Assembly (NCBI GenBank): GCA_038147175.1
Contig: JAYQTD010000002.1
Location: 814,570 to 878,569 of the forward strand
DNA from: Candidatus Eutrophosalina marina
GTDB taxonomy: Bacteria > Bacteroidota > Bacteroidia > Flavobacteriales > Flavobacteriaceae
Length of the DNA: 64,000 nucleotides
Direction: 5' to 3'
Shown here: piece by piece, positions 46,959 through 57,076 of the stretch
How the letters are laid out: the number at the start of each line of letters is the position of its first letter
Numbering within the stretch: the first letter of the stretch is position 1
Position numbers and translations under genes: made by a program
Notes under the pieces: generated by a model
Seen by the model: only the letters and a program-made list of their open reading frames with translations
Databases searched by the model: none
Told to the model about the DNA's origin: nothing

Positions 46959-48125
46959 ATGTCAAATATATTAATAGTTGAAGATGAAGATGCAATCAGA
47001 AGAGTTCTAAAAAAAGTACTAAGCGAAGAAAATCCAAAGTATAAATTAGATGAAGCACCTGATGGTGAAAAAGCAATTTCATTAATAAAAACACAACATT
47101 ACGATTTAGTTTTATGTGATATTAAAATGCCAAAAAAAGACGGTATTGAAGTACTTGAATTTGTTTCATCATATGATTCATCAATTCCTATTATTATGAT
47201 ATCAGGTCATGGAGACCTTAAAACAGCAGTAAAAGCCATGAGGATGGGAGCTTATGACTATATTGAAAAACCACCTGATTTAAATAACTTACTAAACTCG
47301 GTAAGAAGCGCCTTAGTTAAAACAAAAACAAAGAAAATTCCAAAAAAAACTAAAAAGACTAATTCCAAATATGAAATTATTGGGGAGTCAAAACAAATTA
47401 AAAGTGTTAAGAGTTTAATTGAAAAAATAGCTCCAACTAATGCAAAAGTATTGATATTAGGTCCTAATGGATCAGGTAAAGAGTTAGTTGCTAGACAGAT
47501 ACACTCTAATAGTTTAAGATCAGATGGTCCATTTATTGAAGTTAATTGTGCAGCCATTCCATCTGAATTAATTGAAAGTGAACTGTTTGGGCATATCAAA
47601 GGATCTTTTACGTCTGCTCACAAAGACAGAATAGGTAAGTTTGAAGCTGCAAACGAAGGAACTATCTTTCTTGATGAGATTGGTGATATGAGCTTATCAG
47701 CACAGTCAAAAGTTTTAAGAGCAATCCAAGAAAACAAAATACAGAAAGTTGGAAGTGATAAAGATATATATGTAGATACGAGAGTTATTGCTGCAACAAA
47801 TAAAAATATCACAGAACTAATAAAATCTAATAAGTTCAGAGAAGATTTATATCACAGAATATCTGTGATTGAGTTGAATGTTCCACCATTGAATGATAGA
47901 AAACCGGATATTCCTTTACTTATTGATTATTTTATTCAACAACTAACAGATCAGTACGATGGTAGACATCTTTTTATCGATGAAACTGGAATTAAAAAGA
48001 TGACATCATATGATTGGAAAGGAAATGTAAGAGAACTCAGAAATATTGTAGAAAGACTATTTATACTTTCTGAATCTGATCAGATTTCCGAAAAAGAAGT
48101 AGTAAAGTATTCAGGAAAAAAATAA
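46959..48125 (+). CDS. Sigma-54-dependent response regulator (receiver + AAA+), no C-terminal HTH
   Basis: 388-aa ORF with a receiver domain (ILIVEDE...DLVLCDIKMP), Walker A GPNGSGKE, Walker B IFLDEIGD and an R-finger region. The GAFTGA position reads GSFTSA. The protein ends about 30 aa after NVRELRN. Confidence 0.85.
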   Translation: MSNILIVEDEDAIRRVLKKVLSEENPKYKLDEAPDGEKAISLIKTQHYDLVLCDIKMPKKDGIEVLEFVSSYDSSIPIIMISGHGDLKTAVKAMRMGAYDYIEKPPDLNNLLNSVRSALVKTKTKKIPKKTKKTNSKYEIIGESKQIKSVKSLIEKIAPTNAKVLILGPNGSGKELVARQIHSNSLRSDGPFIEVNCAAIPSELIESELFGHIKGSFTSAHKDRIGKFEAANEGTIFLDEIGDMSLSAQSKVLRAIQENKIQKVGSDKDIYVDTRVIAATNKNITELIKSNKFREDLYHRISVIELNVPPLNDRKPDIPLLIDYFIQQLTDQYDGRHLFIDETGIKKMTSYDWKGNVRELRNIVERLFILSESDQISEKEVVKYSGKK

Positions 48126-49492
48126 TGAGAAAATTATTAATAATATTTATCCTTTTTGCTCAATTTTCATATACACAAGATGATATTGTAATTAAAGATA
48201 TTTTCAACACATCATTGACAAAAAGTAAAGCTTATTCATGGCTAGATTATTTGTCTAATCAAATTGGAGGAAGACTTTCTGGCTCATTAGAAGCTGAAAG
48301 AGCTGTTGAGTGGGGTAAAGCCGAATTGGAAAAACTAAACTTTGACAAAGTTTGGTTACAGCCTGTAATGGTGCCTCGATGGGTTAGAGGTCCAAAAGAA
48401 TTTGCACTAATTGAAACTGAACCTGGAATAACTTTTAATGTTCCGATAGCTGCTTTAGGCGGATCAGTTGCAACACCCTCAGTTGGTTTGAAGGCAGAAG
48501 TAATTGAAGTTTTTAGTTTAAAAGAATTAGAAGAACTCGGGAAAGAAAAAATTGATGGAAAAATTGTTTTTTTTAATAGACCAATGGAGCCAGAATTTAT
48601 TCAAACTTTTACAGCTTATGGTAGAGCTGTTGATCAAAGAGCTCTTGGGGCTTTAGAAGCGTCTAAATATGGTGCTATCGGAGTTATTGTAAGGTCCATG
48701 AACTTAAGATTGGATGACCATCCTCATACAGGTGGTTTAACCTATGGTGACTTACCTGACAGTAAAAAAATTCCAGCTGCTGCTATAAGTACAAATGGAG
48801 CAGAAAAATTGAGTAGTTTATTAAAAATTAAACCAAAACTAAAATTCCTTTTTAGACAACAGTGTAAACAAATGAGCGATGTTCTGTCATACAACGTAAT
48901 AGCTGAAAAAAAAGGAACAACATTTCCTGATGAAATTATTTTAGTAGCCGGTCATCTAGATTCTTGGGATACTGGTGATGGCAGTCACGATGATGGTGCG
49001 GGTATTGTTCATTCTATGGATCTGATAAATATTTTTGATAATATTAATTATAAACCAAAAAGAACAATAAGAGTTGTTTTGTATATGAATGAGGAAAATG
49101 GAAAAAGAGGTTCTATTAAGTATAAAGAAATATCAGATAGAGAAAAACTAAATCATATTTTTGCTATAGAATCAGATGCTGGCGGGTTCTTGCCACTTGG
49201 TTTTTCATTTACAACTGATAATGAAAAATTTCTTAAAATTCTGGAGTGGAAAAAATTCTTTGCCCCATATTTTATCAATGTTTTTATAAAAGGGGGTAGT
49301 GGTGCAGATATAGAGAATTTGAGAACTGATAGTAATGTTTTAGCTGGCTTGAGACCAAATTCTCAGAGATACTTTGATTATCATCATACAGAAATTGACA
49401 CTTTTGATGCTATAAATAAAAGAGAACTTGAATTAGGTTCTGGTGCAATTGCTTCTTTAGTTTATTTGTTTGACAAATACGGAATAGAATAA
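48125..49492 (+). CDS. M28-family metallo-aminopeptidase, secreted
   Basis: 455-aa ORF with a signal peptide, a PA-domain-like insert, the M28 metal-ligand block AGHLDSWDTGDGSHDDGAG, plus NEENG and HHTEIDT. Confidence 0.85.
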   Translation: MRKLLIIFILFAQFSYTQDDIVIKDIFNTSLTKSKAYSWLDYLSNQIGGRLSGSLEAERAVEWGKAELEKLNFDKVWLQPVMVPRWVRGPKEFALIETEPGITFNVPIAALGGSVATPSVGLKAEVIEVFSLKELEELGKEKIDGKIVFFNRPMEPEFIQTFTAYGRAVDQRALGALEASKYGAIGVIVRSMNLRLDDHPHTGGLTYGDLPDSKKIPAAAISTNGAEKLSSLLKIKPKLKFLFRQQCKQMSDVLSYNVIAEKKGTTFPDEIILVAGHLDSWDTGDGSHDDGAGIVHSMDLINIFDNINYKPKRTIRVVLYMNEENGKRGSIKYKEISDREKLNHIFAIESDAGGFLPLGFSFTTDNEKFLKILEWKKFFAPYFINVFIKGGSGADIENLRTDSNVLAGLRPNSQRYFDYHHTEIDTFDAINKRELELGSGAIASLVYLFDKYGIE

Positions 49493-49493
49493 G

Positions 49494-50090
49494 ATGGATC
49501 AAATTTTAGAATTAGATAAAAGTTTATTTATTTATCTAAATTCTTTGGGTAGCATTGAGTACGATCCTTTCTGGCTTACAATCACAAATAAATTTTCTCA
49601 CATTCCGTTATATATATTCTTACTTTATCTATTAATTCAGAAATCATTAAAAATAAATGAATCAAAAAAGAAAATAATTTTACTATTACTAGTTAGAATT
49701 TTTTCTATAGGTTTTTTGATTTTGATTAGTGATCAACTGTCAAATTTTTTCAAAAATAATTTTGAAAGATTAAGGCCTTGTTATAATCTGGATATTGTTG
49801 ATCAAATCCGAATTGTAAAAGAAAGTTGTGGAGGGTCATTTGGATTTTTTTCTGCACACGCATCTAATTCCTTTGTTGTTGCTACATTTTTTTATTTATT
49901 TTTCTCTTCTAAGAATAAATTATCTAAGCTTTTATTTTTGTGGGCTTCCATTATAGCTTACAGTAGGATTTATGTGGGAGTACATTATCCTTTGGATATT
50001 GTTTTTGGATCTCTTTTGGGCTTTATGATAACATTTTTCTTTTACAGAAAAATTATTATTCCATCGGAGAATATTATTTTAAAATTGTAG
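49494..50090 (+). CDS. PAP2-superfamily phosphatase (undecaprenyl-diphosphatase/lipid phosphatase-like)
   Basis: 198-aa membrane ORF with the PAP2 motifs KxxxxRxRP (KNNFERLRP), FFSAHASN and SRIYVGVHYPLD. Confidence 0.8.
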   Translation: MDQILELDKSLFIYLNSLGSIEYDPFWLTITNKFSHIPLYIFLLYLLIQKSLKINESKKKIILLLLVRIFSIGFLILISDQLSNFFKNNFERLRPCYNLDIVDQIRIVKESCGGSFGFFSAHASNSFVVATFFYLFFSSKNKLSKLLFLWASIIAYSRIYVGVHYPLDIVFGSLLGFMITFFFYRKIIIPSENIILKL

Positions 50091-50658
50091 GAAATTTTCT
50101 CTTAAAATCATTGATTCTAGGAACTGATACTTTTAAAAGATAAGGGTTGTTAGGATTATTTATTTTATAGTCTTGATGATAATCCTCAGCAATATAAAAT
50201 TTATCAAATTTTTTTACCTCAGTTACAATATCTCTGTAAATATCGTTTTCCTCTAGTTTACTTATTTCCTTGAGTATTATTTCTTTTTCATATTTATTTT
50301 GATAGAATGCTATTGACCTGTAATGAGTTCCAATGTCAGGACCTTGTCTATTTAATGTTGTTGGGTCATGTGATGCAAAAAAGACTTCTACTAGTTTTTT
50401 AAATGATATTTTAGTTTCATCATAAACAATTCTAACAGATTCTGCGTGACCAGTTCTTCCTGTTAACACTTGGTAGTATGTTGGATCTTTTGTTTTACCT
50501 CCAGAGTATCCAGACTCAACCTCTTCTACACCAATCAGACTTTCAAATATTGACTCAACACACCAGAAACATCCAGATGCAAAGTATGCTTCTTTTTTGA
50601 CTTGGGAATTGGAGTATGAAGAAATTAAAAAAATTATTGAATAAAATAAATATCTCAT
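50074..50658 (-). CDS. msrA: Peptide methionine (S)-S-oxide reductase MsrA, with an N-terminal signal-like segment
   Basis: 194-aa ORF with the active site GCFWC, plus GHAESVRIVYD and DYHQDY. The first ~18 residues are hydrophobic (MRYLFYSIIFLISSYSNS). Confidence 0.9.
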   Translation of the reverse strand: MRYLFYSIIFLISSYSNSQVKKEAYFASGCFWCVESIFESLIGVEEVESGYSGGKTKDPTYYQVLTGRTGHAESVRIVYDETKISFKKLVEVFFASHDPTTLNRQGPDIGTHYRSIAFYQNKYEKEIILKEISKLEENDIYRDIVTEVKKFDKFYIAEDYHQDYKINNPNNPYLLKVSVPRINDFKRKFPTILK

Positions 50659-50662
50659 TACA

Positions 50663-51751
50663 TTAAAGCTTTAATAATTTTTTACAAAAATTATTCCACG
50701 ATAATTCATCTTGAAGCTTTCTTATATTTTTAGTTTTTTCACTAGTTTGATCATTAAAAGCATCGATTATTTTATTAGTCAAACTTTTAGAGTTTGTTTT
50801 TGAAATGAAACTATTTTTTTCATTTAAATATTCGGTTAACCCACCTACATTTGTTGTGACAATCTTTTTCCCATACGCTATACCTAAAGAAGAAACTCCA
50901 CTTTGAGTGGCTTTTTTATAAGGCTGAACAACTAGCTCACATGCACCAAAGTAAAATTTTATTTCATCACTATTTATGAATTCATTTTTAATTATAACAT
51001 CATTGTTTATCCCTAATGAATTAATCATTTTTTTATAATTCTTTATGTTTTGAATAAATTCTCCTGCAATAATTAATTTGATATTTTTTTTTGCTGATTT
51101 TATGTCCTTTATGCTATTTAATAAAATGTCTAAACCCTTATATTTTCTAACTAAACCAAAAAACAAAATATATTCATATTTTTTATCTAGTTTCAAATAA
51201 TTTAAAGATTCTTCCTTACTTACAGTTTTTACATTATTTATTGGATGATATAGCTTTAAGCTTTTTGAATTATAATTTTCCTCAAGAATATGCTGATTGT
51301 ATTTTGATAAAGTGACTGTTTTATCTAAATTTTTTAAAAATTTTTTCAAAATAAGTTCAGAAAACACAAACTTTTCATGAGGAATTAGGTTGTGAAATAA
51401 ACCAATTTTCTTACTATTCTTTCCAATAAAATTGTTTATAAAATAATAACATAGCCCTGTTATTGGAGTCCAGTAAGTTGATATCACAAAATTATATTTA
51501 TTTTTTTTTACCAGTTTTTTAATTCTAAACCAATCAAAAGGATTGTAGGGGTTTATATAGCTTATTGATTTTTTTAAAATATTGTTTTTGTGTATTTGTT
51601 TGTTTTTTGATCTTAAAAATGTTGGATAATTAATTTTAAATCCAACTACATCAATTAGACAACTTTTTTCAAGTTCATTAACTAGCTCATAGTTGAAGTC
51701 AGAAATACCTCCTCTTAGGGGAGGAAATGGACCTATAATTAGAGCTTTCAT
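50663..51751 (-). CDS. Glycosyltransferase, GT4-like (GT-B fold)
   Basis: 362-aa ORF with FFGLVRKYKGLD and a C-terminal Ex7E-like region (...QSGVSSLGIAYGKKIVTTNVGGLTEY). Confidence 0.75.
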   Translation of the reverse strand: MKALIIGPFPPLRGGISDFNYELVNELEKSCLIDVVGFKINYPTFLRSKNKQIHKNNILKKSISYINPYNPFDWFRIKKLVKKNKYNFVISTYWTPITGLCYYFINNFIGKNSKKIGLFHNLIPHEKFVFSELILKKFLKNLDKTVTLSKYNQHILEENYNSKSLKLYHPINNVKTVSKEESLNYLKLDKKYEYILFFGLVRKYKGLDILLNSIKDIKSAKKNIKLIIAGEFIQNIKNYKKMINSLGINNDVIIKNEFINSDEIKFYFGACELVVQPYKKATQSGVSSLGIAYGKKIVTTNVGGLTEYLNEKNSFISKTNSKSLTNKIIDAFNDQTSEKTKNIRKLQDELSWNNFCKKLLKL

Positions 51752-51761
51752 GTGGAATAGT

Positions 51762-54700
51762 TTATGTTATAATCCAGCTACCAGATTGAATTAATTTTTC
51801 AGCCTGTTTGAACTTCATCTCTTTAGTTTCTCCAGTACTCACATTTTTGATAGTAACCTTTTCGTTTCTACCAATTTTCCTTTGTTCCCTTACAACTGTT
51901 TCTACAACATTTGAAGAACTAGAAGCAGATGCTCCAACTTGTCTATTTCTATTAGCTAATTCGTCACTATTTAAAACCTCTTCTTTTGAGGTGTTATACT
52001 GTTCTCTTCTTCTAGTACGTCTATCCTCCCTTATATCATTAGGGTCTTTACTAGGTAATTCTCCTTTAAATAGAAATGTAAGAATATCTTTATTTAGCTG
52101 ATCTATCATACTAAAGAAAAGTTCTTTTGCTTCAAATTTGTAGATTAATAGTGGATCTTTTTGTTCATGAACGGCTAGTTGAACTGATTGTTTCAATTCA
52201 TCCATTTTCCTTAAATGAGTCTTCCATGTATCATCAATAATCGCTAGACTTATATTTTTTTCAAAATCATTAATAAGCTCTTTACCATTGGACTCGTAAG
52301 CTTTTTTTAGATCAGTAACAATATTCATTGTTTTTTTGCCATCAGTAAATGGAACTACAATTCTTTCAAATTTATTTTGAGGATTTTCATAAACGCTTTT
52401 TACTACTGGAAATACTTTTTCAGAATTTTCAATATTCTTTTTCTCATAAAATTTTAAAACAATATCATAAATTTTTTGAATTACCTGATTAGAATCAGTT
52501 TTTTCAAATTCTTCCTCATTAAAAGGTGATGTGATTGAGAAATATCTAATTAAGTTAAATTCAAAACTTTTATAATCATTGTTTTCTTTTGAATTGTAAT
52601 ATATTGATTCAACTGTTTCAAAAATCATATTAGCAACATCAACTTTTAGTCTATTTACATCTAGGGCATTTTTTCTTTTTTTATAAATAACCTCTCTTTG
52701 AAGATTCATTACATCATCATATTCTAATAACCTTTTTCTAATACCGAAATTATTTTCTTCCACCTTTTTTTGAGCTCTTTCAATGGTTGATGTCATTAAG
52801 CCATGTTGTATAACTTCACCTTCATTATGACCCATTCTATCCATCATTTTTGATACTCTATCAGATCCAAATAATCTCATTAGATTATCTTCAAGTGAGA
52901 CGTAGAATTGAGAACTTCCAGGATCTCCTTGTCTTCCAGCCCTACCTCTTAACTGACGATCTACTCTTCGTGAATCGTGACGTTCAGTACCAATTATAGC
53001 TAACCCACCAGACTCTTTTATTTGGTCACTAATCTTAATATCAGTTCCTCTACCAGCCATATTAGTAGCAATTGTTACAATTCCTGCATTTCCAGCTTCA
53101 GCAACAATATCTGCTTCCTTTTTATGAAGTTTGGCGTTTAATACATTGTGTTTTATCTTTTTTATTGTTAACATTCTAGAAAGTAATTCAGAAATCTCAA
53201 CAGATGTTGTTCCAATCAGTACTGGTCTTCCGTTGTTAGATAATTCAACAACATTATTAATTACAGCATTATATTTCTCTCTCTTCGTTTTATAAATTAA
53301 ATCGTTTTCATCTTTTCTAATAATTGGTTTGTTTGTAGGAATTTCAATAACATCAAGCTTGTAAATATCCCAAAATTCTCCTTGTTCTGTTACAGCAGTC
53401 CCAGTCATCCCTGAAAGCTTTCTGTACATTCTAAAATAATTTTGAAGTGTTATTGTTGCAAAAGTTTGCGTAGCATCTTCAATTTTTACATTTTCTTTGG
53501 CTTCAATAGCTTGGTGAAGACCGTCTGAGTATCTTCTTCCATCCATAATTCTTCCTGTCTGTTCATCAACAATTTTCACTTTATTGTCCATTACAACGTA
53601 TTCAATATCTTTTTCGAATAATGTGTAGGCTTTTAGTAGTTGATTAAGAGTGTGAATTCTCTCACTTTTAATACTAAAATCGTTAAAAACTTTTTCTTTT
53701 TCTTTCGCTTCGTTTTCAGCAGATAAACCTTTATTTTCAATATCTGAAATAAGGGTTGAAATATTGGGAAGTATAAAGAAATTATCATCATTAACATCTT
53801 TTGAAAGATGTTCAATTCCTTTATCTGAGAGTTCTATTTGATTATTTTTTTCGTCAATTGTAAAATAAAGATCAGCATCGATTTTATGCATTTCTCTATT
53901 ATTATCTTGCATATAGAAATTTTCAGTTTTCAGAAGTGTTTGTTTAACTCCATCTTCACTTAAAAATTTAATTAGCGCTTTATTTTTTGGAAGACCTCTG
54001 AATGTTTGAAGTAATTTAAATCCTCCTTTTTCATTATCACCTTCTTTAATAAAGTTTTTTGCTTCAGCTAATGTTTGGGTAACTAGTTGTTTTTGTAATT
54101 GAACAAGACTAGAAATTTTAGGCTTTAATTGATTAAATTCATGATTATCTCCTTTGGGAACTGGTCCTGAAATTATTAAAGGAGTTCTTGCATCATCAAT
54201 TAAAACAGAGTCAACCTCATCTACTATAGCATATGAATGTTTTCTTTGAACTCTATCTTCTAATTTATGAGCCATATTATCTCTCAAATAATCAAATCCA
54301 AATTCATTATTAGTTCCGTATGTTATATCAGATAAGTATGCATTTCTCCTTTCAGGAGAGTGAGGCTTATAATTATCTATACAATCTACAGTGAGTCCAT
54401 GAAATTGAAATATTGGAGACATCCAAGCACAGTCTCTTTTGGCTAGATAATCATTTACTGTTACCAAATGAACTCCGTTTCCAGTAATAGCATTTAGATA
54501 GACTGGTAGTGTTGCAACTAGAGTTTTTCCTTCACCAGTTTGCATCTCAGCTATTTTTCCTTTGTGTAATACAATTCCTCCGATCAATTGAACCTCATAG
54601 TGAATCATATCCCACTTAATCATTTTTCCTGCAGCATCCCAACTGTTTGACCAATTTGCTTTATCTCCATTGATTCTCACGTAATCCTTGTTTGATGAAA

Positions 54701-55118
54701 GTAACTTATCATATTCATTAGCAGTTACAGAAATTTGTTCATTAGTTGCAAATCTTTTTGCAGTTTCTCTAACTACACAAAAAGCTTCCGGCAAGATATC
54801 ATCCAAGTATTTATCAAGCTCATCTAAAAAGGAAGATTCGATTTTATCAATCTCCACATAAAGATTTTCTTTTTCCTCAATATTTGAGGTGCTATTGATC
54901 TTAGTATTAATCTCATCAATCTTTTGTTGAGAAGGATTTTTTAAAGATTGTATCTGCGTTTTAAACTTTTTGGTGTAATCTCTCAATTGATCATTACTAA
55001 GCTCAGTAAACTTTTTTTCAATAGAGTTTATTTGAGAAATAACCGGGTATAGTTCTTTTAAATCTTTTTTGGATTTATCTCCAACAAAAACTTTTAGTAA
55101 TGAATTTAAAAAGCTCAT
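51762..55118 (-). CDS. secA: Preprotein translocase ATPase SecA
   Basis: 1118-aa ORF with Walker A MQTGEGKTL, DEAD-like DEVDSVLIDDARTPLIISG, TNMAGRGTDI and GRAGRQGDPG blocks. It is the long Bacteroidota-type form. Confidence 0.97.
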   Translation of the reverse strand: MSFLNSLLKVFVGDKSKKDLKELYPVISQINSIEKKFTELSNDQLRDYTKKFKTQIQSLKNPSQQKIDEINTKINSTSNIEEKENLYVEIDKIESSFLDELDKYLDDILPEAFCVVRETAKRFATNEQISVTANEYDKLLSSNKDYVRINGDKANWSNSWDAAGKMIKWDMIHYEVQLIGGIVLHKGKIAEMQTGEGKTLVATLPVYLNAITGNGVHLVTVNDYLAKRDCAWMSPIFQFHGLTVDCIDNYKPHSPERRNAYLSDITYGTNNEFGFDYLRDNMAHKLEDRVQRKHSYAIVDEVDSVLIDDARTPLIISGPVPKGDNHEFNQLKPKISSLVQLQKQLVTQTLAEAKNFIKEGDNEKGGFKLLQTFRGLPKNKALIKFLSEDGVKQTLLKTENFYMQDNNREMHKIDADLYFTIDEKNNQIELSDKGIEHLSKDVNDDNFFILPNISTLISDIENKGLSAENEAKEKEKVFNDFSIKSERIHTLNQLLKAYTLFEKDIEYVVMDNKVKIVDEQTGRIMDGRRYSDGLHQAIEAKENVKIEDATQTFATITLQNYFRMYRKLSGMTGTAVTEQGEFWDIYKLDVIEIPTNKPIIRKDENDLIYKTKREKYNAVINNVVELSNNGRPVLIGTTSVEISELLSRMLTIKKIKHNVLNAKLHKKEADIVAEAGNAGIVTIATNMAGRGTDIKISDQIKESGGLAIIGTERHDSRRVDRQLRGRAGRQGDPGSSQFYVSLEDNLMRLFGSDRVSKMMDRMGHNEGEVIQHGLMTSTIERAQKKVEENNFGIRKRLLEYDDVMNLQREVIYKKRKNALDVNRLKVDVANMIFETVESIYYNSKENNDYKSFEFNLIRYFSITSPFNEEEFEKTDSNQVIQKIYDIVLKFYEKKNIENSEKVFPVVKSVYENPQNKFERIVVPFTDGKKTMNIVTDLKKAYESNGKELINDFEKNISLAIIDDTWKTHLRKMDELKQSVQLAVHEQKDPLLIYKFEAKELFFSMIDQLNKDILTFLFKGELPSKDPNDIREDRRTRRREQYNTSKEEVLNSDELANRNRQVGASASSSSNVVETVVREQRKIGRNEKVTIKNVSTGETKEMKFKQAEKLIQSGSWIIT

Positions 55119-55131
55119 AAAATTTACAAGC

Positions 55132-55139
55132 CAAATTTA
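55132..55139 (-). promoter_or_regulatory. Candidate -7 promoter box (TAnnTTTG) for secA
   Basis: TAAATTTG on the minus strand, 13 nt upstream of the secA ATG (55118). Confidence 0.3.
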
Positions 55140-55142
55140 AAC

Positions 55143-55167
55143 AAAAAAAGCCTCAAGAATGAGACTT
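55143..55167 (-). terminator. Rho-independent terminator (minus strand only)
   Basis: The minus-strand RNA reads AGUCUCA-UUCU-UGAGGCU, fully paired with one G-U pair, followed by a U-run. On the plus strand the same pair is a C-A mismatch, so the element looks unidirectional. Confidence 0.5.
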
Positions 55168-55196
55168 TGTTTATATTATTGAAGAAAATCTAATCA

Positions 55197-55421
55197 TTAA
55201 TATTCCTCTTCGTTCCAAAGGTAATCTTCTTCTGTAGGAAAGTCAGGCCATATTTCTTGAATCGACTCATAAATTTCTTCTTCTTCATCTTCAATTGCTT
55301 GTAAATTCTCAACAACTTCAAGAGGGGCTCCTGTTCTTATGGCATAATCAATTAATTCATCCTTATTAGCTGGCCAAGGGGCATCACTTAAATAAGAGGC
55401 TAATTCTAAAGTCCAATACAT
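55197..55421 (-). CDS. DUF2795-family small protein
   Basis: The ORF is open to 55466. The ATG at 55421 gives MYWTLELASYLSDAPWPANKDELIDYAIRTGAPLEVVENLQ, matching my recollection of DUF2795. The tail is acidic. Confidence 0.55.
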   Translation of the reverse strand: MYWTLELASYLSDAPWPANKDELIDYAIRTGAPLEVVENLQAIEDEEEEIYESIQEIWPDFPTEEDYLWNEEEY

Positions 55422-55503
55422 TTTATTAATTTTCTGCAAAAATAATTTTTCTACATTATTTCGCAAGTCTTAAATGTTAAATTAATGTTTAAGTGAATTA
55501 TTT

Positions 55504-57063
55504 TTAATTTTTACCTCTGATTTTTGAGGATATGAAATAACTAAAAATTATTAGAGATAGCATAAGTGATATTCTGAAAATATAATCTCCGTACATGATA
55601 TAAAATGTCACTTTATCATTTTCGTATGCTTGATAATTTAAAACAATTTCCTCATCGTAATTAGATTTAATCTCTATATCACCTCTTGAATTAATTAATC
55701 CAGATATTCCAGTGTTTGCTGATCTAACGATATTTTTCCTGTTCTCTATTGCTCTTAATCTAGCATATGACATATGTTGTTTATGACCTTGGCTATTTCC
55801 CCACCATGCATCATTTGTTATAATTGCCAGAATGCCATAACCTTTGTTAAAATATTTAGTTACATATTCACCATACACTGATTCATAACAAATGATTGGA
55901 GATATGTATGAATCTTTATCGGTATAGAATGACTCTCTATTTTGTTGTTGACCTCTGGTCATTGAAAGACCTCCAAAATCTAACAAAATATCCCCAAGTA
56001 ATGGTTCAATTATGTTTTTATATGGCATTTTTTCAACTCCCACAACAAGTTTTGATTTATGATAAAAACTTGAATTATTACCATTTAAAAACAAAGCACT
56101 ATTGAAAATATTTATCCATCTATTGTTATTTATTTTGTTTGAAAATGCAGAAATATTATCCTTATCATATATTATTTCATAAGGTTCAAATCCTGTTATT
56201 AAATGATTGTTGTTTTTTTTGATTATTGAATTTAAGTTTTCAGTAAACTGATTATAGTTGTAACTATTTAATTGTATTCCTTCTGAAAAAAAAGTTTCAG
56301 GTAAAATTATTTTAGAGTTACTAATATTGTTTTTAGTAATAAGAGATTTTAAATAACTTATGTTATCAATATTTCTAATTTTATATTTTTCCTCATAAGG
56401 ATCAATATTTGGTTGTATAATAGTAATATTGACTTTTTTGCCATTTTCATTGAAGTTGTAATATTTAATTAATGAAACGAGCGTTGGTAAAATCAACAAC
56501 ATCAATGTAAAAAATATTGGTTTTTTAAAATGTCTTTTTTGTTTATAGCTCTCATAAGAGATGAAAATTAGAATATTAATTATCAAAACCCATAATGTCC
56601 CTCCAAATGTACCTGTATATTCGTACCACTGAATAATTTTTACATTTTCAGAAAATACATTTCCAAGATTTAACCAAGGCCATGAAAAATCCCAATAGAG
56701 ATGAAATTTTTCAAAACATATCCAAATTGATACTAAAAAAATGTATCCTAATTTATTTCCGTTGTTTTTTGAAATAATACTGTATAAATAAAATACAGTA
56801 GACATCATCAGAGAATTTACTAGTACAGCAAACAAAAAACCAAATGTTGTAGCATATATTAGCCAATAAGTACTTATTATATTCCATAATAGAAATCCAG
56901 CGAAAAATGTTAAGAATCTTTTTTTACTTACATATTTTTGTGATACGTATATGAAAGGGATAATTCCAATAAAAGACAAAAAATACAAACCATAAGTTGG
57001 CCATGAAAGTCCTAGAAGAACACCGCCAATTAAAGAAATAAAAAGAGAATTACGAAAGTTCAA
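55504..57063 (-). CDS. lnt: Apolipoprotein N-acyltransferase
   Basis: 519-aa ORF with an N-terminal polytopic domain and a C-terminal nitrilase-like domain. Catalytic Cys context ICYESVY is present, along with ITNDAWWG. Confidence 0.85.
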   Translation of the reverse strand: MNFRNSLFISLIGGVLLGLSWPTYGLYFLSFIGIIPFIYVSQKYVSKKRFLTFFAGFLLWNIISTYWLIYATTFGFLFAVLVNSLMMSTVFYLYSIISKNNGNKLGYIFLVSIWICFEKFHLYWDFSWPWLNLGNVFSENVKIIQWYEYTGTFGGTLWVLIINILIFISYESYKQKRHFKKPIFFTLMLLILPTLVSLIKYYNFNENGKKVNITIIQPNIDPYEEKYKIRNIDNISYLKSLITKNNISNSKIILPETFFSEGIQLNSYNYNQFTENLNSIIKKNNNHLITGFEPYEIIYDKDNISAFSNKINNNRWINIFNSALFLNGNNSSFYHKSKLVVGVEKMPYKNIIEPLLGDILLDFGGLSMTRGQQQNRESFYTDKDSYISPIICYESVYGEYVTKYFNKGYGILAIITNDAWWGNSQGHKQHMSYARLRAIENRKNIVRSANTGISGLINSRGDIEIKSNYDEEIVLNYQAYENDKVTFYIMYGDYIFRISLMLSLIIFSYFISSKIRGKN

Positions 57064-57076
57064 ATAATAATTAAAT

